Shown: piece after piece, positions 9,738 to 20,464 of the stretch
Layout: every line of letters starts with the position of its first letter
Numbering within the stretch: the first letter of the stretch is position 1
From: Halobacteroidaceae bacterium
GTDB lineage: Bacteria > Bacillota > Halanaerobiia > B1SED10-174
Assembly (NCBI GenBank): GCA_003554585.1
Contig: PWGV01000093.1
Location: 1,043 to 65,042 of the forward strand
Length of the DNA: 64,000 bases
Reading direction: 5' to 3'
Program-made: the position numbers and the translations under genes
Notes under the pieces: model-generated
Told to the model about the DNA's origin: nothing
What the model saw: the letters and a program-made list of their open reading frames with translations, nothing else
Database searches by the model: none

Positions 9738-10591
9738 TTTTCTCCCTCCTCCCGGGGAGCATCTTCCAGGGTCACCCGGCCCAAAAACCCCTTCCTGAAA
9801 TCCTGCAAAAGAAGAGATGCCGCTTTTTCCAGATAAATTGTTCCCCCCGGTTTAAAACAACCTCTTGCCCTGCCAACACCTTCCAAAACTTCCCAGGGCA
9901 TTTGTCCCTCCAGAGAAAAACCATATCTTTCTTCAAAACCGGGAACAGGCATTTTAACGAGGAAACTTAAAAGTTCAGAAGCAACTTCCAGATTATCAAA
10001 AATTCCCTCGCGCAGTGCTCCAACCGAAGCAAGGATCAATCCGGTTTCCCGTCCCTGCTCTGGACCAGTAATTCCCGGGGTATCCAAAAGGGAAAGATCC
10101 TCACTCACCTTCAGCCACTGCTTGCCCCGGGTGGTTCCAGCCACATTCCCTGTTTTGGCCATTTTCCGGCCGGCCAGGGCGTTCAGGAGGGTCGATTTTC
10201 CCACATTGGGAATTCCTGCTACTATAATTCTCAGGGGCCTTCGACCCTTCTCCTTTTCTTCCCGGTCTTTTTTTATTTTTTTAGCCCTTTTCTCCATGAA
10301 ATTCTTAAGCTCAGCCAATCCTTTTTTATTCGGAATATCAAGGGCAAAAACGGGGGTTCCCTTTGCCTGGAAGTATTCACACCACTTTTGAGTTTTCTTT
10401 TCATCCGCAAGGTCCCGTTTGGATAAAATAATTACTTTTTCCTGGTCCGTCAAATAACGGTCCAAATCATAGGGTCGGCTGGTGTGGGGAACCCTTGCAT
10501 CTCTAACCTCCAGCAATAAGTCGATCAGGGCAATATTATTCCGTAGTTCTTTTTTGGTTTTTACCATAAGGCCTGGATACCAGTTGTTCAT
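9731..10591 (-). CDS. rbgA: ribosome biogenesis GTPase RbgA (YlqF)
   Basis: NWYPG, EVRDARVP, GIPNVGKSTL, LLDTPGI, FRKGFLGRVTLE. Confidence 0.93.
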   Translation of the reverse strand: MNNWYPGLMVKTKKELRNNIALIDLLLEVRDARVPHTSRPYDLDRYLTDQEKVIILSKRDLADEKKTQKWCEYFQAKGTPVFALDIPNKKGLAELKNFMEKRAKKIKKDREEKEKGRRPLRIIVAGIPNVGKSTLLNALAGRKMAKTGNVAGTTRGKQWLKVSEDLSLLDTPGITGPEQGRETGLILASVGALREGIFDNLEVASELLSFLVKMPVPGFEERYGFSLEGQMPWEVLEGVGRARGCFKPGGTIYLEKAASLLLQDFRKGFLGRVTLEDAPREEGENC

Positions 10592-10605
10592 TCATCTACC
10601 CCCAT

Positions 10606-10633
10606 AAACAAAGAGGGACAGAAGTCCCCCTTT
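10606..10633 (-). terminator. intrinsic terminator after rplS
   Basis: AAAGGGGGAC-TTCT-GTCCCTCTTT-GTTT hairpin. Confidence 0.6.
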
Positions 10634-10636
10634 GGA

Positions 10637-10981
10637 TTAAAACCTTTTCTCTTTAACCCGGGCAGCACGCCCGACTCTCTTCCGCAGGTAGTAAAGCTTG
10701 GCCCGGTTGACATCGCCCCGGCGCACAACTTCAATTTTAGCTATATTGGGCGAATGAAGGGGAAAAGACCTTTCAACTCCAATTCCGTGGGATATTTTCC
10801 GCACGGTAAAGGTTTCCCTCATTCCGCCGCCCTTGCGTCGGAGAACAATCCCCTGGAAAACCTGAACCCTCTCCTTACCACCTTCAACGACGCGGACATG
10901 AACTTTAACTGTATCCCCGGGATTGAACTGGGGAAGGTTTTCTTTCATTTGTTTTTTTTCTACACGATCAACACTTTTCAT
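10637..10981 (-). CDS. rplS: 50S ribosomal protein L19
   Basis: [41 protein letters not shown]. Confidence 0.98.
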   Translation of the reverse strand: MKSVDRVEKKQMKENLPQFNPGDTVKVHVRVVEGGKERVQVFQGIVLRRKGGGMRETFTVRKISHGIGVERSFPLHSPNIAKIEVVRRGDVNRAKLYYLRKRVGRAARVKEKRF

Positions 10982-11732
10982 TTCTGTCCTCCTTTCCGCC
11001 CAGACCTGGTTTTATTTCAGCCTCGATTTCAGCCATTAGTTCCCGGTCCTCGGGGGCCAGATTAACCCTTTTTAGTAGATCGGGACGTTTTAACATAGTC
11101 TGGCGCAGACTTTCCTTTTTTCTCCACCGAGCAATTTTTTTATGGTCCCCGCTCAAAAGGACTTTGGGGACACGATGTCCTTTGAATTCTTCCGGCCGCG
11201 TATAGTGGGGGTGGTCTAAAAGACCCTGGTAAAAAGAATCACCCACTACTGAATCTTCATCTCCCAAAACCTCGGGCAGCAGGCGAATAACGGCTTCCAT
11301 TATTACCATCGCCGGGACCTCGCCCCCGTTCAAAACATAGTCCCCAATAGAAATTTCTTCATCAACAAGTTTTTCGCGAACCCTCTCATCAACACCTTCA
11401 TAACGGCCACAGATCAGGACGAGATTTTTCAACTGGGCCAGTTCCCAGGCTTTTTCCTGATCAAAGGTACTTCCGTGAGGCGTAAGGAAAACTACCCGTT
11501 TGGGCTGGGGAAGTTCTTCAACTGCCCTCCAGATGGGTTCAGGTTTTAAAACCATTCCCGGGCCACCCCCGTAGGGGTAGTCATCAACCATCCGGTGCTT
11601 ATCCAGAGCAAAATTCCGCAGGTCATGGGCCCGGATGTCGACGGCCTTCTTCTCCAGGGCTTTTTTTATGATCCCCAGCCGGAGGAAAGGATTAAAAAGT
11701 TCAGGAAAAATTGTTATTATATCAATCCGCAT
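10968..11732 (-). CDS. trmD: tRNA (guanine37-N1)-methyltransferase
   Basis: [45 protein letters not shown]. Confidence 0.97.
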   Translation of the reverse strand: MRIDIITIFPELFNPFLRLGIIKKALEKKAVDIRAHDLRNFALDKHRMVDDYPYGGGPGMVLKPEPIWRAVEELPQPKRVVFLTPHGSTFDQEKAWELAQLKNLVLICGRYEGVDERVREKLVDEEISIGDYVLNGGEVPAMVIMEAVIRLLPEVLGDEDSVVGDSFYQGLLDHPHYTRPEEFKGHRVPKVLLSGDHKKIARWRKKESLRQTMLKRPDLLKRVNLAPEDRELMAEIEAEIKPGLGGKEDRNEKC

Positions 11733-12240
11733 TTTTCCCCGCCTCCCGCAGACCGGGCAGAAGCTCAACCTCCATCCGCCGTCCGGAAATATCAACCTTT
11801 TTTACAACCTTTTTCAAGGCCGGAACAGGAATTTCCTGATCTTCTTTAACCACAAGGTAAACATCGTTTCCTGGCAGAGACAAGACCTCCGTTAATTCTC
11901 CGAGGTGTTCTCCTGTAACGGAAAAAACCTCGATTCCAATCAGGTCGAAGATGTAATACTCTCCCTGGGGCAGTTTTTTTCTCCAGGAAGCGGGGATTTT
12001 AAGGAGTTTGCCGCGCAGGGGCTCCGCTTCTTCAATAGAATCTATCCCCTTGATTTTCAAAAAAACAAAGTTTTGCTTCAAGCGGACCCCGCTAATTTCA
12101 AGTTCTTCCCAACCCGAAACCTCGGTAAAAACTCTTTCCAGCTCAAGAAACCTCTCTGGAAAACTGGTTAAAGCCTCAATTTTCAGCTCCCCTTTAATTC
12201 CCTGGGGTTTTAGAACTTTCCCCACAGCCAGGTAATCCAT
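11722..12240 (-). CDS. rimM: ribosome maturation factor RimM
   Basis: VGKVLKPQGIKGELK, EYYIFDLIG, GNDVY; position in operon. Confidence 0.95.
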   Translation of the reverse strand: MDYLAVGKVLKPQGIKGELKIEALTSFPERFLELERVFTEVSGWEELEISGVRLKQNFVFLKIKGIDSIEEAEPLRGKLLKIPASWRKKLPQGEYYIFDLIGIEVFSVTGEHLGELTEVLSLPGNDVYLVVKEDQEIPVPALKKVVKKVDISGRRMEVELLPGLREAGKNAD

Positions 12241-12267
12241 AACTACACCTCACTAAGGGAAAAAGAT

Positions 12268-12498
12268 TTATTCCAGGATATCCACCTGGCTCCTTTTTCC
12301 CTCCCGGGCAGCCGAGGCTTTGGCCAAAGTTCGGATTGCCTTGGCAATTCTACCCTGTTTACCAATAACCTTGCCCATATCTTCCTCGGCGACTTTGATG
12401 CCAACCCGGATCATTTTGTCTTCTTCCTCAACCAATACTTCTACCTGTTCGGGATTATCTACAAGCGCACAGGCTATAAACCTGATTAATTCTTGCAA
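12268..12498 (-). CDS. khpA: KH-domain RNA-binding protein KhpA (YlqC)
   Basis: DMGKVIGKQGRIAKAIRT; lies between rpsP and rimM. Confidence 0.93.
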   Translation of the reverse strand: MQELIRFIACALVDNPEQVEVLVEEEDKMIRVGIKVAEEDMGKVIGKQGRIAKAIRTLAKASAAREGKRSQVDILE

Positions 12499-12514
12499 AG
12501 GAAGCCCTCCTTAA

Positions 12515-12787
12515 CTATTTCTGCTGTTGAAATTTTTCCATTATACCGGCTTTGCGGAAAAGGGTCCGAACCGTGTCCGAAGGGCGGGCGCCTTTTGCCA
12601 GCCAGTCCAGGGCTTTTTCTTCTTCAATTTTTACTTCAGCGGGTTCCCGGGTAGGATTATAATAACCAAGTTCGTCGATAAAACGTCCATCCGGAGCCCT
12701 GCGAGAATCCGCTACCACCAACCGATAAAATGCATTCCTTTTTGCACCCATTCTTTTTAACCTGATTTTTACAGCCAAATCTTTCAC
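12515..12787 (-). CDS. rpsP: 30S ribosomal protein S16
   Basis: [36 protein letters not shown]. Confidence 0.98.
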   Translation of the reverse strand: MKDLAVKIRLKRMGAKRNAFYRLVVADSRRAPDGRFIDELGYYNPTREPAEVKIEEEKALDWLAKGARPSDTVRTLFRKAGIMEKFQQQK

Positions 12788-12800
12788 CTCCGCTTGTTTT

Positions 12801-14141
12801 CTAAAAGGGGAAGGGGTTTTTCATCATGGAACTCTTCCCCGATTTTTGGAATCTCTTCATCATTTTTTTCATTTCCTTAAACTGCTTGAGCAGGCGGTTA
12901 ACCTCCTGGGTAGAGGTTCCACTTCCCTGAGCAATCCTGCGCCGGCGGCTGCCATCAATAATTTCCGGTTCCTGACGTTCTTTTTTGGTCATAGAATTGA
13001 TTATTGCCTCGGTGTAGACCAGCTGTTTTTCATCAACCTGGAGATTTTTTAGCATTTTCTTGTTGCCCATTCCGGGCAGCATGCCAATTATATCTTCCAG
13101 GGGACCCATTTCCCGAACCTGGTGGAGTTGTTCGAGGAAATCATCAAAGGTAAAGCTGGCTTCCCGGAGCTTTTGTTCCATTTTCTTGGCTTGTTCCCGG
13201 TCGTAGCTTGCTTCAGCCTTCTCAATTAACCCCAGGACATCGCCCATTCCCAGAATTCTGGAAGCAAGGCGGTCGGGGTGAAATGGTTCCAGGGCGTCAG
13301 CCTTTTCCCCAACCCCAACGAATTTAATTGGAGCATCGGTTACTGCCTTAATAGAAAGGGCCGCACCTCCCCGGGCATCACCATCCATTTTAGTCAGGAT
13401 CACACCGGTTAAGCCCAGATCCCGGTTAAAACTCTCAGCAAGATTTACCGCGTCCTGACCAGTCATGGAATCGGCCACCAGGAGAATTTCTCCGGGCTCA
13501 ATGTCTTTTTTCAGGCCTTTGAGCTCGGTCATCATTTCTTCATTAATATGCAGCCGACCTGCGGTATCAATAATGACCGGTTCAAAACCTTCGCGCCGGG
13601 CCTTGGAAAGAGCACCCCGGCAAATATCACGGGGGCTGGTTCCAGTTCCCAGCGAAAAAACTTCCAGGCCTGTCTGCTGGCCAAGAGTTTCCAGCTGGTC
13701 AATAGCAGCGGGACGATAAATATCAGCAGCAACCAGGAGCGGTTTTTTCCCATTTTTTCGCAGGTAATTGCCAAGTTTGGCTGTTGCTGTAGTTTTACCT
13801 GCGCCCTGCAAACCTACCAGCATGATCACGGGAATATCTCCAGTTAAATGGAGCTCTTCCCGTTCACTGCCCATTAGTTCGGTTAGCTCCTGCTGGACAA
13901 TCTTCACAACCTGTTGGCCGGGGGTCAGGCTGGAAAGAACCTCTTCTCCCACAGCTTTCTCTTCAACCCTGGCCACGAAGTTTTTAACTACTTTGAAATT
14001 CACATCAGCCTCCAGCAGGGCCATTTTTACCTCCCGCAGGACTTCTTTTACGTCCCGGGGGGAAATTTTACCCTTGCTGCGCAGCTTTTGCATTGCTCCC
14101 TGCAGTTTTTCGGAAAGGTTGGCAAAAACCAAAGGTACCAA
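12801..14141 (-). CDS. ffh: signal recognition particle protein Ffh
   Basis: [37 protein letters not shown]-domain. Confidence 0.98.
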   Translation of the reverse strand: MVPLVFANLSEKLQGAMQKLRSKGKISPRDVKEVLREVKMALLEADVNFKVVKNFVARVEEKAVGEEVLSSLTPGQQVVKIVQQELTELMGSEREELHLTGDIPVIMLVGLQGAGKTTATAKLGNYLRKNGKKPLLVAADIYRPAAIDQLETLGQQTGLEVFSLGTGTSPRDICRGALSKARREGFEPVIIDTAGRLHINEEMMTELKGLKKDIEPGEILLVADSMTGQDAVNLAESFNRDLGLTGVILTKMDGDARGGAALSIKAVTDAPIKFVGVGEKADALEPFHPDRLASRILGMGDVLGLIEKAEASYDREQAKKMEQKLREASFTFDDFLEQLHQVREMGPLEDIIGMLPGMGNKKMLKNLQVDEKQLVYTEAIINSMTKKERQEPEIIDGSRRRRIAQGSGTSTQEVNRLLKQFKEMKKMMKRFQKSGKSSMMKNPFPF

Positions 14142-14148
14142 TCCCCTC

Positions 14149-14481
14149 TCAAATTTTTTCCATCCGGTTTATCATTTCCAGCAATCCGTCACGTTCCTTG
14201 CACGAACAGTTTTCCAGGCCTTTTTTAATTTCTTCCAGGCCTTTTTTCAACTTGCGATCCCTTTTGACCAGGCCCATCCTTTCTTCATACTCCTGCAGGA
14301 TTTTTTCCGCCCGGTGCAGGTGATCATAAACCGCCTGCCGGCTTATGGTAAGAGTTTCCCCAATTTCGCCCAGGGAAAGGTTCTCGAAATAATAAAGGCG
14401 GATAATTTCCCTTTGTTTCGGAGTAAGAAGCAAACCATAAAAATCAAAGAGATGGCCAATAAGGACCGTTTTCTCCAACAT
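14149..14481 (-). CDS. ylxM: YlxM (UPF0122) SRP-associated protein
   Basis: LFDFYGLLLTPKQ..LSLGEI..ISRQAVYD; upstream of ffh. Confidence 0.93.
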   Translation of the reverse strand: MLEKTVLIGHLFDFYGLLLTPKQREIIRLYYFENLSLGEIGETLTISRQAVYDHLHRAEKILQEYEERMGLVKRDRKLKKGLEEIKKGLENCSCKERDGLLEMINRMEKI

Positions 14482-14525
14482 AAAACCACCTGCAGTCTGT
14501 TAAGGATAACAGCTTTACAGGTGAT

Positions 14526-14554
14526 AGTATATTAAACCAAACTCCTTTTGTCAA
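14526..14554 (-). promoter_or_regulatory. sigmaA promoter for ylxM-ffh
   Basis: TTGACA-17bp-TATACT. Confidence 0.85.
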
Positions 14555-14578
14555 GACCATTCTGGGGAAAAAAGCAAT

Positions 14579-15478
14579 TTATTCGCTACCCTCGAGCAGT
14601 TGTTCAACAAAAAGTTCCGGTTCAAAAGGTTTTAAATCTTCCATGCCCTCTCCCAGTCCAAGTTTAAAAACTGGTAATTTTAGTTCCCGGGCCAGGGGAA
14701 AAACAATTCCACCTTTTGCGGTTCCATCCAGCTTGGTCAGGATTACTCCGTCAATAGTCAAAGAATCGTTAAAAGTCCTTCCCTGCTCCAGTGCGTTCTG
14801 GCCGTTGGTAGCGTCCAGGACCAGCAGGGTTTTCAGGTTGCACTCTTCCTTACCCAGGACCCTTTTGATTTTCTTGAGTTCCTCCATCAGGTTTTTCTCT
14901 GTATGCAGCCTGCCTGCAGTGTCAATCAGCAGGAGATTCTTGCCGCGGGCCCGGGCCGCCTCGCGGGCGTCATAGCACACTGCAGCCGGATCAGAACCGG
15001 GGCTCTGGGCTATAATGGGGACGTTAAGCCGATTTCCCCAGACTTTTAACTGTTCTATTGCTGCAGCCCGAAAAGTATCTCCGGCCACGAGAAGAGGAGC
15101 AAAACCTTCGTCTTTATAATAATGGGCAAGTTTGGCCAGGGAAGTTGTTTTTCCCGAACCATTTACACCAACAATCAGCAGGATATTCAACTGGTCCTGG
15201 TTCAGTTCGAGCTTACTAACCTGGAGAAATCCCGAAAGGAGTCGTTTGAATTCAGCAAAAAGCTCTTCCCCCTCCAGATTTTTTTCTTTCTGCTGCTGGC
15301 GGAGTTCTTCGATTAATTCCATTGTAGTGTTAACTCCAACATCTCCCTGGATTAAAAGTTCCTCCAGTTGTTCGTAAAAATCCTCGTCCACCTTGCCCCG
15401 GAAGAGGCCAACAGTATTTTTCCAAATGCCCTGGCGTGTTTTGGCCAGCCCCGATTTTAATTTATCTATAAGGCTCAT
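14579..15478 (-). CDS. ftsY: SRP receptor FtsY
   Basis: GVNGSGKTT, DTFRAAAIEQL, DTAGRL, TKLDGTAKGG. Confidence 0.97.
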   Translation of the reverse strand: MSLIDKLKSGLAKTRQGIWKNTVGLFRGKVDEDFYEQLEELLIQGDVGVNTTMELIEELRQQQKEKNLEGEELFAEFKRLLSGFLQVSKLELNQDQLNILLIVGVNGSGKTTSLAKLAHYYKDEGFAPLLVAGDTFRAAAIEQLKVWGNRLNVPIIAQSPGSDPAAVCYDAREAARARGKNLLLIDTAGRLHTEKNLMEELKKIKRVLGKEECNLKTLLVLDATNGQNALEQGRTFNDSLTIDGVILTKLDGTAKGGIVFPLARELKLPVFKLGLGEGMEDLKPFEPELFVEQLLEGSE

Positions 15479-15721
15479 GGGAGTACCCTCCTTAACCTAT
15501 TATTTTTTTCCCTGGAAATCCCAACCTATTTTCAGTTGCAGGTAAATTTCTATCTTACCGCGGAAGCCTCCTTGCCTGAAAAAATGGTGTTTCCTGATCA
15601 CCTTTTCCAGGACCTCAAGAGCAGGAACTGCTCCTGGAAACCTTACTGGGGATAATATTTTCCACCAGAAAGCATTCCTCCTGCAGGCGACGTTTCCGCT
15701 GTTGAAAACCAAATATGGAAC

Positions 15722-15761
15722 CAAAAATTAACCAAAGACCGGGAGGGAAAACCGGTCTTGG
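15722..15761 (-). terminator. probable terminator after smc
   Basis: AAGACCGG/CCGGTCTT stem followed by a T-rich run. Confidence 0.55.
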
Positions 15762-15791
15762 GAATTTTCTCCTCTTTTTAGGTTAGGCTTT

Positions 15792-18700
15792 TCAACTGGC
15801 CTTTTCCTTCAACCGGTAGGATATTATTTTAGAAATTCCTTCCTCTTCCATGGTTATCCCATATATGGTATTGGCTTCCGCAATTGTTCTTTTGCGGTGG
15901 GTGATAATTATAAATTGAGATAGCTCATTGATGTCCGAGAGGAAGGAGATAAACCGATCCACATTGGCATCGTCCAGGGGGGCATCAATTTCGTCGAGGA
16001 CGTAAAATGGACAGGGTTTTACCTTCATCAGGGCAAAAAGAAGGGCAATAGCGGTCAGGGCTTTTTCTCCACCGGACATGAGAGATAATTTCTGCAATTT
16101 TTTCCCCGGGGGCTGAGCCACAACCTCAACACCAGTTTCCAGGAGTTCCTCCTCATTGGAAAGGTAGAGGTGAGCTTTGCCCCCCTGGAATAGTTTGCTG
16201 AAAACATCTTCAAATTCCCGACTGACCCTTTTAAAGGTTGCCAGGAATTTCTTTGCCATGGTCCGGTCAATGCCTTCTATAATCCGGTTCAAAGTATCCT
16301 GGGCTTCCCTTAAATCCCTGTGTTGTTCCCGCATGAAATTCAAGCGTTTCTCCAGGGCTTCGTATTCTTCTATTGCCCCCAGGTTTACAGGGCCCATTTT
16401 TTCCTTTTTATTTTTTAATTCTTTAATTTCACTATCCGCCCCGCGCAGATCCAGTTTTTCATCGGCATGTTTTTGCGCGTTTTCAATATTCAGGTTATAC
16501 TCCCGGTCAAGCCAGTCCACAATTTTCTCCCGTTCTCCTTCCAGCCTTGTTTCTTCGAGCTGAAGGCCGTGGAGTTTTTTATCTTCTTTTTCCAGAACTT
16601 CCCCCAGCGTTTCCAGTTCATTCTGCAACTGGCTTTCCTTCTCTTCAAGTTCTAATTTTTGGGTTTCTGATTCCTGCAGTTGAACCTCTTTTGCAATTTT
16701 TTCTTCGCGGAAGGAGGTTTTTTGTTCTTTCCAGTTTTCAATATTATCCTCCAGTTGAGAAATTGATTTTTCCAGGGCCTGTTTTTGTTCTTCCTTTTCC
16801 TGCTGCTCTGCGTTTATTTCTTCAACTTCTTCCCGGTTTTTTTCCAGTCTTTGCCGGAGGTGATTATAGTGCTGGCGGGTTTCCGCCATTTCCACCCTCA
16901 GGTCCATTACCGAATTCTGATGTTCGCCCCGTTTTAAATCCAGTTCCTCCAGTTCTCGTTCCAATTTATTCAGGCCACTTCTTTTCTCCTGGACCTCTTC
17001 CTGCCATGACTTTATGGTTTCCTGCTTATTCTCAACTGATTGTTTTACCTTTTTTAATTCTTTTGCCAGCTGGTTAAGGCGTTTTTCCTGCTCTTCCAGC
17101 CCGGAATTCATTTGAGCAAGGTTTTTTTCCTGCAGGTTAATATCTTTTTCCTGAGCTTTTTCTTCCAGCTGCAATTCATAAATTTTTCCCCGGTTATCTT
17201 CTTGTTTTTTCCGCAGGCTATTCTGTTCGGCTTCCTTTTCTTTTAACCTTGATTCCAAACTGTCCAGGTTTTTTTGTAGTTTTTTCAGCGTTTTATTTAA
17301 TTCTGCTTCCTGGCTGGAGCCACTGAAAAGAGTTCTCCTTCTTCGGCTGCCCCCGGTTATTGCACCCCCGGGCTGGATAATATCTCCATCCAGGGTCACA
17401 AACCGCAATCTATTCCCCGTTTCCCGGGAGGCCTTAACTGCTTGATCCATTTTTTCTGATACAATTACCCTGCCCAGGAGGTTGGAAAATACCGGCTTTA
17501 ACTCCGGGGAAAAGCGGATCAATTCTAATCCAGTTCCCAGTATTCCTGGCATTTTTATATTTTTTTCTTCGGAAGAATTCAAAGAACGTTCGTTGATCAA
17601 ATCCAGGGGCAAAAATGTCGCCCGTCCCGAGTTATTTTCTTTTAACATCTGGATGGCTTTCCTGGCGGCCTGGTCGGATTCCGTTATTATATTCTGTTCC
17701 CGACCTTCCAGGGCGGCAGCTATTGCATCCGAGTAACGGGCATCAACTTCAAACGATTCAGAAATAATCCCTAAAATACCGGTAAGTTTCTCGGCCTGGG
17801 CAGCTTCCAGGACAGCTCTAACTCCTCCATGGTAGCCCCGGCCCTTCTCTCGAAAATCACTGAGGACCACAAGCCTGTTCCGGACACTTTCCAGATCTTT
17901 TTGCAGTTCATCTTTTTCCTCGCACATTCTCTGAAGTTCTGTCTGGGTTTCTTTTAATTTTCCGTTAGTTTTTTTACTTGCCTCCCTGAAACCACCCAGT
18001 TCTTTCTTTTTCTTGTCCAAACTGGCCTTACTTTGGTCCAGGTTGTTTTTTAGTTCAACCACATTTTGCTCCAGTGTCTCCCGGGTTTTTTCCAGTTCCT
18101 GAATTCTGGTTTCTAAACGGGTTTGTTCGCCTTCTAATTCCTGGACCTTTTGCCTTTTCTGGTGAAGGTCATTTAATAAATCTTTAATTTCTCTTCTCAG
18201 AACCTCCCTTTTCTGGTGAAGGTCATCACCCCGGGTTATTTTTTTCTGTTCTTCCTGGGAAAAGGAATCCAGTTTTTCTTCTAAGGCTTTGACTTTTTTA
18301 TTTTTGGCTTCCAGTTCAGCCTCAATTTCCTGCCCTTCTTTTTTCTTCCTTGCATAACTCTGGGTCAGGGTTTCCAGGGTGTTTAACTTTTCCTTTTTGG
18401 AAGCCCGGTTAACCCGGATCTTTTCCTGGTTTATTTCGATCTTGTTGCTGAGAACATCGGCCTTGTTGCCCAGCTGGTATATTTCCTGCCTCGTTTTATC
18501 CAGTTCCTGGGTTACCTCTTTCCGCCGGGAAAGGGCAACTTTCAAATCTTTTTCGACTTTTTTGTGCTGATCTTTTTTTCCCTGAAATTGATTCTGGCAG
18601 ATTTCAACCTCGCCTTGCAGGGCATCCAATCTTTCCGAGTAGTTATTATATCGCTTGAGGAGTAGGTTTACCTCAAGCAAAAAAAGGCGGTCCTGGATAT

Positions 18701-19349
18701 CCATGTACTTCCGGGCTGCCCGGGCCTGTTTTTTCAAGGGCTGGGCCTGCCGGTTAAGTTCAAAGATAATATCCCTGATCCGCCGTTGTTGTTGTTGAGT
18801 ATGTTCGAGTTTGCCATAAGCTTCTTTCTTGCGATATTTGTACTTGATAATTCCAGCGGCCTCTTCAAAAAGTTCCCTGCGGTCTGAGGGTTTACTCATT
18901 AGAATTGTTTCAATTTTCCCCTGGCCCAGGATTGAAGAGGAATCTTTGCGAATCCCACCGTCAATAAGCAGGTTTTCTATATCTTTAAGCCGGCAAACTT
19001 CTCCATTCAAAAGGTAGTTGCTTCCATGAGTCTGGTTTACTCTCCTGGTTATCCGGACCTCGTCTTCCGCCAGAGGTAATTCGCCCATGGAATTATCTAA
19101 AATCAAGGTCACCTCAGCAGATTTTTTCGGACCTCTTTTTAATGTCCCCGAAAAAATCAAATCTTCCATTTTGCCACCGCGAAGGGTTTTAGCACTCTGC
19201 TCTCCTAAAACCCAGCGGATCGCATCAACTATATTGCTCTTACCACTACCATTCGGTCCAACAACCGCCGTTATTTCCTTGTCAAACCAGACTGTCACCT
19301 TATCCGGGAAAGATTTAAACCCGTTAAGCGTGATGCCCTTGATGTGCAT
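15792..19349 (-). CDS. smc: chromosome segregation protein SMC
   Basis: GPNGSGKSN, long coiled coils, hinge GRATFLPL..GGAITGG, LMSGGEK, LDEIDA. Confidence 0.98.
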   Translation of the reverse strand: MHIKGITLNGFKSFPDKVTVWFDKEITAVVGPNGSGKSNIVDAIRWVLGEQSAKTLRGGKMEDLIFSGTLKRGPKKSAEVTLILDNSMGELPLAEDEVRITRRVNQTHGSNYLLNGEVCRLKDIENLLIDGGIRKDSSSILGQGKIETILMSKPSDRRELFEEAAGIIKYKYRKKEAYGKLEHTQQQQRRIRDIIFELNRQAQPLKKQARAARKYMDIQDRLFLLEVNLLLKRYNNYSERLDALQGEVEICQNQFQGKKDQHKKVEKDLKVALSRRKEVTQELDKTRQEIYQLGNKADVLSNKIEINQEKIRVNRASKKEKLNTLETLTQSYARKKKEGQEIEAELEAKNKKVKALEEKLDSFSQEEQKKITRGDDLHQKREVLRREIKDLLNDLHQKRQKVQELEGEQTRLETRIQELEKTRETLEQNVVELKNNLDQSKASLDKKKKELGGFREASKKTNGKLKETQTELQRMCEEKDELQKDLESVRNRLVVLSDFREKGRGYHGGVRAVLEAAQAEKLTGILGIISESFEVDARYSDAIAAALEGREQNIITESDQAARKAIQMLKENNSGRATFLPLDLINERSLNSSEEKNIKMPGILGTGLELIRFSPELKPVFSNLLGRVIVSEKMDQAVKASRETGNRLRFVTLDGDIIQPGGAITGGSRRRRTLFSGSSQEAELNKTLKKLQKNLDSLESRLKEKEAEQNSLRKKQEDNRGKIYELQLEEKAQEKDINLQEKNLAQMNSGLEEQEKRLNQLAKELKKVKQSVENKQETIKSWQEEVQEKRSGLNKLERELEELDLKRGEHQNSVMDLRVEMAETRQHYNHLRQRLEKNREEVEEINAEQQEKEEQKQALEKSISQLEDNIENWKEQKTSFREEKIAKEVQLQESETQKLELEEKESQLQNELETLGEVLEKEDKKLHGLQLEETRLEGEREKIVDWLDREYNLNIENAQKHADEKLDLRGADSEIKELKNKKEKMGPVNLGAIEEYEALEKRLNFMREQHRDLREAQDTLNRIIEGIDRTMAKKFLATFKRVSREFEDVFSKLFQGGKAHLYLSNEEELLETGVEVVAQPPGKKLQKLSLMSGGEKALTAIALLFALMKVKPCPFYVLDEIDAPLDDANVDRFISFLSDINELSQFIIITHRKRTIAEANTIYGITMEEEGISKIISYRLKEKAS

Positions 19350-19385
19350 TGTCTTCCCCCATTTCTCCAGATCATCAACAAAAAA

Positions 19386-19646
19386 TTAGCGCGGCTCAAC
19401 AACAAATTTGATTGCAGTCCGCTCCTCCCCATCTATCTCGATTTCAGCAAAGGAAGGATACATCACCAGATTCATCCCGTTTGGGGCCACATAACCTCGA
19501 CAAATAGCTATTGCTTTCACCGCCTGGTTAATGGCTCCTGCTCCAATAGCCTGCATTTCCACCCGCTTTTCATTTCTCAACACTGCCGCAAGGGCTCCTG
19601 CTACTGCTTTGGGTTTTGATTTTGCTGATACCTTTAAAAGTTCCAT
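19386..19646 (-). CDS. spoVS: SpoVS family protein
   Basis: MELLKVSAKSKPKAVAGALA..QAIGAGAINQAVKAIAI..IDGEERTAIKFVVEPR. Confidence 0.95.
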   Translation of the reverse strand: MELLKVSAKSKPKAVAGALAAVLRNEKRVEMQAIGAGAINQAVKAIAICRGYVAPNGMNLVMYPSFAEIEIDGEERTAIKFVVEPR

Positions 19647-19721
19647 CTTTTTTCCCCCTTTTTTTGTATTCAACTGCAAATTTGACAACAACCGGAAGTA
19701 ATCTATTGCTTTATTATAATA

Positions 19722-19748
19722 ATTCTACATCAATCACGATAAACCTTT
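19722..19748 (-). promoter_or_regulatory. sigmaH-like promoter for spoVS
   Basis: AAAGGTTTA-11bp-GTAGAAT; spoVS is sigmaH-dependent in B. subtilis. Confidence 0.6.
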
Positions 19749-19753
19749 CTAAA

Positions 19754-20464
19754 TCAACTGCTGGAACCTTTCTTTAAATTATTAATTTCTTTTTGGGTTA
19801 ATTTGCGAAATTTCCCCGGAGAAAGGTCTTTGAGCTCAATGGGCCCCAGAGAAATCCGCTGAAGTCTTTTAACCGGAAGGTTGAGACTCCCCATCATTCG
19901 CCTTACCTGGCGGTTTCTTCCTTCATGAATGGTCAGTTCAATCAGGCCGGGTTCAATTAACCTGGCTCGACCGGGAGAAGTGGGCCCATCTTCCAGATTA
20001 ATACCCCCTGCCAGTTTTTCCAGTTCCTTCTTTCCCACCCCGGTTTCGGTCCAGACCAGGTAGGTTTTTTCTATTTCGTAACTGGGGTGAGTAATTTTAA
20101 AGGTTAATTCCCCATCGTTGGTAAGGAGTAAAAGACCCTCGGTATTCCAATCCAGCCTCCCCACCGGGTGCAGCTCTTGATATGCGGGGGGCAAAAAGTC
20201 CATTATTGTCGGCCTGCCCTGGGGATCGGATTTACTTGTAATACAATAGAGTGGTTTATGAAAAGCAAGATAAACCAACTGGGCTTTAGCAGTAGCTTGC
20301 CCATCCACGGTTATAAGATCTTTATCGGGATCAACTTTGGTACCGAGTTCGCGCACAATCTCGCCATTAACCGCAACCCGGCCTGCGGCGATATATTCTT
20401 CGGATTTTCTCCGGGAGGCTACACCCCGCCGGGCCAGAACTTTTTGTAATCTTTCCACACCCAA
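19754..20464 (-). CDS. rluB: 23S rRNA pseudouridine synthase (RluB-like)
   Basis: ERLQKVLA..SRRKSE S4 domain, PVGRLDWNTEGLLLLTNDG, EGRNRQVRRM. Confidence 0.9.
   Translation of the reverse strand: MGVERLQKVLARRGVASRRKSEEYIAAGRVAVNGEIVRELGTKVDPDKDLITVDGQATAKAQLVYLAFHKPLYCITSKSDPQGRPTIMDFLPPAYQELHPVGRLDWNTEGLLLLTNDGELTFKITHPSYEIEKTYLVWTETGVGKKELEKLAGGINLEDGPTSPGRARLIEPGLIELTIHEGRNRQVRRMMGSLNLPVKRLQRISLGPIELKDLSPGKFRKLTQKEINNLKKGSSS

Noticed and set aside
15500-15724. 74-aa ORF or SRP RNA between smc and ftsY
   Set aside because: No SD or recognisable motif; the SRP domain IV motif (CAGG..GGAA..AGCAG in the right arrangement) is absent.
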